The notes beneath the pieces were generated by a model. That model ran no database searches. It was given only the letters and a program-made list of their open reading frames with translations, and had not been told where the DNA came from. Shown here in pieces: positions 58,230 through 64,000 of a stretch of DNA of 64,000 bases. How positions within the stretch are numbered: the stretch's first letter is position 1; every line of letters starts with the position of its first letter. Source of the stretch: Vicugna vicugna. Taxonomy: Eukaryota. The position numbers and the translations under genes are program-made. The stretch spans positions 1,861,690 through 1,925,689 of the forward strand of contig MU058384.1 in NCBI GenBank assembly GCA_013265495.1. Reading direction: 5' to 3'.

Positions 58230-58560
58230 GGCAACAGCCTTACGGACAGATTCCCAAGGCCTTTACTCTGAACCTGCCCGCAAGCAGGGATGGTCAGCAG
58301 CAGCTGCCACCGCGCCGATAAAGGGTTTGTGCTGCCGCCGGCCCAAGAAGCTGCTCTGAGTTGAGGGATTTGCATTCCCGCTGCCCAAACCCACAGCCTC
58401 CGCGCTGCCGCGGGCTTCGACACAGAGAGCAGGAGCGCCACCTACCGGAGCCCCGCAGACGCAGCCGGCGTCACGCCCGCCGGGCCTGCCTGTCACCCAG
58501 CGCCTGCCTGAAAACCAACTTTGTGTACAGCGACTAAGGAGGCCTCTTCTGCCAACGTTA
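58230..58560. promoter_or_regulatory. Intergenic CpG-rich element with CTCF-like motifs
   Basis: High local CpG density in an otherwise CpG-poor window; minus-strand CCGGTAGGTGGCGC (58435-58448) and CGGCGCGGTGGCAG (58304-58317). Confidence 0.65.
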
Positions 58561-60974
58561 GTGATTGTTGACCAAGTGGGGCTGAAAAGGTCTCAGGGAA
58601 GTTTATTCTGCTCTGAACAGACGAAACCGAACTGCAGTTGGGATCCAGGCTGTAGTCCACTCAAGTGACATGTGGGCAAGCCAGAGTTTGACACAAAACA
58701 GTTTCGAAATGCTTGCGCTGAACCAGACGCTGGGTGAGGCACCAGGGACAGAAGGATGAATATACACAGACCCACAGCAGAGAGATGACAAACTGTTATC
58801 TGTATTCCACAAGTGTCAAACACACTCTAGGAACCCAGCCACAACGTATAGGATTTGGGGGATCTGCATTTCCCATCTCTGTCTGTGCTCTAGCACCACT
58901 GTCACTACACAGAGACATTAAGAAGTCATGATGACCTCTTTATTGTTTTGTTTTGGTTTGGTTTTTGAGTTGCCAACTAACAAATAATATATTTGGAATT
59001 TTGTTCTCAAAACAGCTGCTTTGTGGATGCCCTAAGCATCCTCTTGGCCTGCCTCTCAGAACATCTTGCCAGGACAACTCTCAAAGTGCTAAATCCTTGC
59101 CCTGTATTCACAAACTCCTGCATATGTGCTAAGAGCACATTTCTGACAATGGCCAACAAAATACATTTTTTAACGTTTTTAGTGCCTAATGACATCAGGA
59201 AATCTAACTTAAAATACATACATGCATAATTCCATCAGCTGGTAAATAAATAAACACCCTACTAAGTCAAGAACCCAACACACAGTGATGCAGTCACACT
59301 TCTGCAGCTGGGCAGCAGATCCTGAACCCCCCTGGGTGGGGGCCTTCCCCACTGAGAGATCCTGGTGTTTCAGCCACAGTGTGCAGCCAGCATCCAAGCA
59401 TGTTCTAATGAGCTGTATAGGTGTGCCTCCTTCTCTGGGAAGAGACCAGGTAAACATAAATGAGAGGAAATGGGCAAAGAAGTGTGTTGGATACAAGATA
59501 CACAGATTTAAGGGAGATTTCAATATTCACAACCTAAACTAAAATTTCTCAAGCTACTACTGTGAGATTGTATTTCAGGCCCTGCTAAAGTTTATGGTAT
59601 TTTATTGTGATTTTACTTTTGAATACAGCCCAAGCAGGAAATAAGTAGTATGTATTAAATACTTATGTTAGCTCATATTTTTTACCCATAAATATTCAAT
59701 CATCATATTTCCCATCCATCCCAATCCCCTCCTTTTTGCAAAGTTCTGTGCAAAGTAGTTTTAAAAATATGTTTCTAATACATCGTTCTGCTGCTGACCT
59801 GATAAAGTTTCTTACATGCCTTATTCCTTAATTCCTACAGTTCAGTTCAAAGAGGGCACTCAGAGCAGCTACCAGCTGCTACAAGGCCACATTTAGCTAT
59901 TAGGTAGGCTGCCGGGAGAACAGGCACACACCAGCCTGGACATCTTCCAGAACCTTCCACAAAACTCTAAGGCCACTCCAGCCTTCTTTCTTGCCAGAAT
60001 ACCTGCACTGCTCTGAGGGTAGGCCTGATAGCTTATCTAGTCTCCTTGTGGGGCGTACAGTCTGGCAGGTACCAGGCAGGACACAGAGGCTCAGCCCTCA
60101 TTCACGTCTCCCTCCCTCCATTCTCTCCCTCCTGGTCCACCCCCCAGTTCACTATGAACTGTCACCTGACCAAGTCAGAGATGCTCCAGGCTTGGGGATA
60201 GATGGCCTTGGTGAAAATAAACATGAAATGAAACAAAACTAAACAAAATAACCATACACACTTACATGGGAAGGAAACTTACAGCTCCAATTCAACCTCT
60301 TACTCCGAGCTTCAGTGCCATCTACAGTCCCTGCCAAAAAGTCAACATCACATTAAATACCTCTAGTGATGGGAATTTGTAACTCTAAGGCAGCTCATTC
60401 AATGTTTAGATGATTTTTCCTTAGAGTAGCCAGAATATGCCATAAAAATACAGCTAACTTGTTAGGTATTCCATTTTGTATATATAATATTTTTATTCTC
60501 TTCAACAACGCTGTGAGGAAGAGGCATTATCCTCTTCTACAGATGACAGAAATGAGGCTTAAGTAACCTGCCCAGAAGGAAGATTCCATGCAGGATTTGA
60601 GCACAGGCTGTCCGACCCTAGGACCCTTCTAAATTATTGGGTTTGCATAGCAGAGCAATTCCTGCTTCCTCTAATGTCCACTAATGGGTCTTTGGTTTAC
60701 CCCTTGGGTCACTAGGGCATCTAATTCCTCTTCCCCACACTAGCTGGATGTTCGGCTCAGAAGGCACTGTCTCTTCTCCTAGCTGATCACCCAGGTCCTT
60801 CAATATGCCTCATATGACATGAGTTTTATTTCTCTCATTTTCCAGCCCTTCTAATCTGAAAAGCTCTGTTTGATCTATGTCCCTCTGAATGTGTTACTCA
60901 GATCCAGCGTAACCACATCCTTGATGCGGCGGGACCAGAGTAGTGCAGAAAGATGGGACACTGTCTGCATTCTA

Positions 60975-61174
60975 GACCAGCTCTGTTCAACACAGAAAAG
61001 TTCTACAGTTGCATTGTCTCACTCAGTAACCACCAGCCACCCTTGGCTAGAAAGTGCTTGAAATGTGGTTACTGAAACTGAAGAACTAAAATTTTTATTT
61101 TATTTTATTTAACTAATTTTATTCTACCCAGCCCCATGTGTGAAATGGATACATCGTGGAAAGTGTCATTCTAG
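60975..61174. mobile_element. MER3/MER33-like hAT-Charlie element
   Basis: GTAACCACCAGCCAC...GTGCTTGAAATGTGGTTACTGAAACTGAAGAACTAAAATTTTTATTTT; flanked by TTCTAG on both sides. Confidence 0.65.
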
Positions 61175-61346
61175 ATTCTACATTTCTGCATCACATCCTG
61201 ATCCACGCTGAACTGAATGTTCTCAGTAGTATGTCACCCCCATCATATAATGTGTTATTGGCTCTTGGGACCTCTGCATATATGTTACCTTTATCTCTGA
61301 CAAATGTTTCTTCATGATCGTCATTTTAACGAAATGTCAATTTCAA

Positions 61347-61799
61347 TGTCAATTTAACGAAAAACACACAACATAAGAGTTGTAAGTTTAAGTTTTATTC
61401 TGGATCTTGCTGAGGATGACAGCCTGGGAGACAGCCACTCAGTGACTCTGAAGGAACTGCTCTGAACAGGCAGTGGAGAAGCCACTATATATACAATTTT
61501 CGGCTCGGGAATATGTGTAGTAAAAGATTCCTGCTGGTCCCAAAGAACAGATATCTCAAATTAATGATTTTAGTGCTTTTCTGTGTATGGGAAGATGCAA
61601 GAGTCTGGGTTCATTCAAATGCTTCCTGAGATATACATCTAACTGTCTAAGGGGCCCGCTTGTCCAAAGCCCAGAGGGCCTCATCCTGTTATCTTAATTT
61701 CCTCTCAGGGTGTGGTCAGTGACTGTGGCGGGTCGGGTTACGACTTCATCCCTGAAGAGCTGGGTGGTGAGTAATGCCCTCTGTTTTTCTTTGTTTACA
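61347..61799 (-). mobile_element. ERV1 solo LTR, similar to the cetartiodactyl MER41-like family
   Basis: TG...CA termini; minus-strand AATAAA (TTTATT ~61395) and TATA-like box (~61487); motif TGTATGGGAAGATGCAAGAGTCTGGG. Confidence 0.65.
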
Positions 61800-62890
61800 C
61801 ATTCTGGTAAGAACATTCGCAATCTGATTTTGTCGTTCCAAGTATTAGAATCTCTCATGCTTTGCGTCACCTGCACAAAGTTGGCTGAGCATACTTGCTA
61901 CGTCTTTACAAAATACATATAATGATGGGAGAGGAATAGTGTAGCTAACATTTCCTGAGGGCTTACTAAGTGCCAGGAGTCCTGCTATGTACTCTATACT
62001 CAGTACAGACCTCATCTAAACCCAGAACTGTCTGGCTCCACCACCCACACTCACCACCGACTAGACTGCCTTCCTTGCTAAGGAAACTAAGGAGGAAACG
62101 CGCCTGCGCACACAGAGAACAAGACCAGAAACTTTCTCCACTTAGACATCGGATACTAATCAACATTTTGCACACTAACATTCGGTCACAATTGTCCTTG
62201 CATCTAAGACAGTGATTTTATCACATTCACAAGAATTTCATGAGAATTGTCAAATCTCATTGAAGCAGATATTCACAATGTCTGTAAACACTGCCCTGAA
62301 CTACCTGTCTAGCAACCTTTTCATAAGTTTGACAAGATCAGTCTACCCTGATTTGTTCTTGAACCCACCCTGACTCTTGGAAATATTTAATACTCATTCC
62401 TTGCTTAGTAATTCACTTGGTCAAGGGCACATTCTCAAGTCCATCAAGAATAATGTAAAAACTAAGACATTCATGAAAACTTTGTTTCAGCAAGCTGTCT
62501 AGCTTGTCAGACTGAGTAGGGAGATGCATTAAAGTTTAGAGCAAAGAACAGTTTGGAATAAAAAGCATGACTTTGAGTAAGAAGACGAGAAGAAGTATAC
62601 ATATGTCTAACAAGACCTTAAGTAAGTTTTTTTGCCTGTTGCCTCAATTTCAGCCAAAGTCCCAAGATGGAGTATAAATAAGGGGTAAAGCACCCCCATG
62701 TCCTAAAGAGTGAAGACGGACTATCCTTGCAGAACTTTCTTAGGAGGTGGCCTCAAACCACCATCAGTAATCTGTCAACTACCTGTCGCCTCTGTTTGAG
62801 AAAATTAGAGAAATAAAGAAAGGAAGATTGGTGGGTGAGGATGTCTTTGTAGAGAGTTGTCAGTTGTAGAAGAGTTGTCTCTTCTCTATG

Positions 62891-62935
62891 AGAGAGGAGC
62901 AGGAGACTTGAGAGAGGAGCAGGAGACTTGAGAGA
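62891..62935. repeat. Perfect 20-bp tandem duplication
   Basis: AGAGAGGAGCAGGAGACTTG at 62891-62910 and 62911-62930, plus a partial third unit. Confidence 0.9.
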
Positions 62936-64000
62936 TGAGTAGAGAATGACCACAGAGCATCCAGAGAGGAGGACAGAAAGTCAGGAAAGTGCATTGTCAT
63001 GGAAACCAGGGGAATAAAGTGTTTCAGAAAAAAAGGGAGTGGGCAGCTTCCCTAAGTGCTGCCCAGAGGTTAAGCTGAGGAATAAAAGCATTTATTGTAT
63101 TTAGCAATAAAGGTGCATTGGCTTCCCTGATTAGAGCAATTTCCCCTGAGTGGTTAAGGGTGGAAGGGAGATTGCAAGACGGTGAAGTGCTACGGACAGA
63201 AAATCTAGACAGTTCACTGAATTAGGCTTCAAAGGGAGAGAGGAAGACTGGGAACCGAAGGTAAATATAAATTCCAAGGAAGAACATTAAAGATTTTGAA
63301 CTTAACAGTATAAAACACTCAAGGAATATCAACCTGCACTTTTATATGTACTACATGAAGATGATACTCTGGAGTGGTTTTGAAGCTGTATGTATATACA
63401 CATAACATTTTTTTAATAATCTTTAAAACAAAGATCAAAGTTCATTTGTTCAAATCCCACTGCATTAACCAAAATAAAAATAGAAAAGGAACCAAATGAT
63501 CATTTAAAGTTTGAAATTCCTAATGTATTCCAATTTGTACAACTGTGGAAGACTTGATCAAGGTTTTGAAGAAGTCTAGGACCTTTTCCGTTAAACCAGA
63601 GGGAACACAATGTGCATCACAGAAATGGTCCTGGGTTAGCCCAATGAGATAAAAATGTCCAACCACGTACACATGGAAATGATCTTTGCTGGTTAGATTA
63701 CTGATAAAGACAGTTTTAGACAGGTTACTAAGCTGTGCTACGTAACTGGACACAACTGAGAAAATTTCAAAGGAAATTTTATGTACTGTCATTTCAATCG
63801 AACGAAAATAATGCAATTAAGAATTCGTATCACCATTGGGAGAGGAAGCAGTGGTTGTGGCACCACCATGGGAGGTGGTGACCACTGCCAGCTCCAAAGG
63901 GTAGCTTGCACTGAGGAGAAAGCATTTGATTTCAGCTCTGGGGACAGTCTGAGGCTGTTCCAGGTGGCTGTCCAGTGCTGTCTATCCCAAAGCATTTGAG

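Noticed and set aside
63520..63999. 98-aa minus-strand ORF and neighbouring ORFs as a possible pseudogene or exon
   Set aside because: Translation in several frames gave no recognisable protein, splice pattern or poly(A)/TSD; BLASTX would be decisive

Overview
Mammalian genomic DNA, probably camelid (a young tRNA-derived SINE resembles the camelid Vic-1 type; this is inference). The window holds one complete protein-coding gene on the + strand, beta-taxilin (TXLNB). It has a non-coding exon 1 ending at 2404 and nine coding exons (4642-5080, 12512-12603, 17919-18089, 24718-24912, 26199-26318, 28601-28675, 32785-32877, 41379-41474, 42705-43475). These splice into an open 2052-nt frame (683 aa plus stop), followed by a ~2.5-kb 3' UTR ending near 46020. 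The frame is restored only if intron 2 uses a non-canonical GC donor. The rest is intronic or intergenic sequence rich in old repeats: a near full-length decayed antisense L1 with target-site duplication in intron 8, L1/L2/MIR fragments, MaLR and ERV1 solo LTRs, and MER/Tigger DNA transposons. Candidate regulatory elements include MEF2/E-box sites near the 5' end, an AP-1/NF-Y cluster, and a CpG-rich patch with co-oriented CTCF motifs about 12 kb downstream. I found no evidence of a novel biological system. Repeat family names come from recognition by eye and need RepeatMasker/Dfam confirmation.
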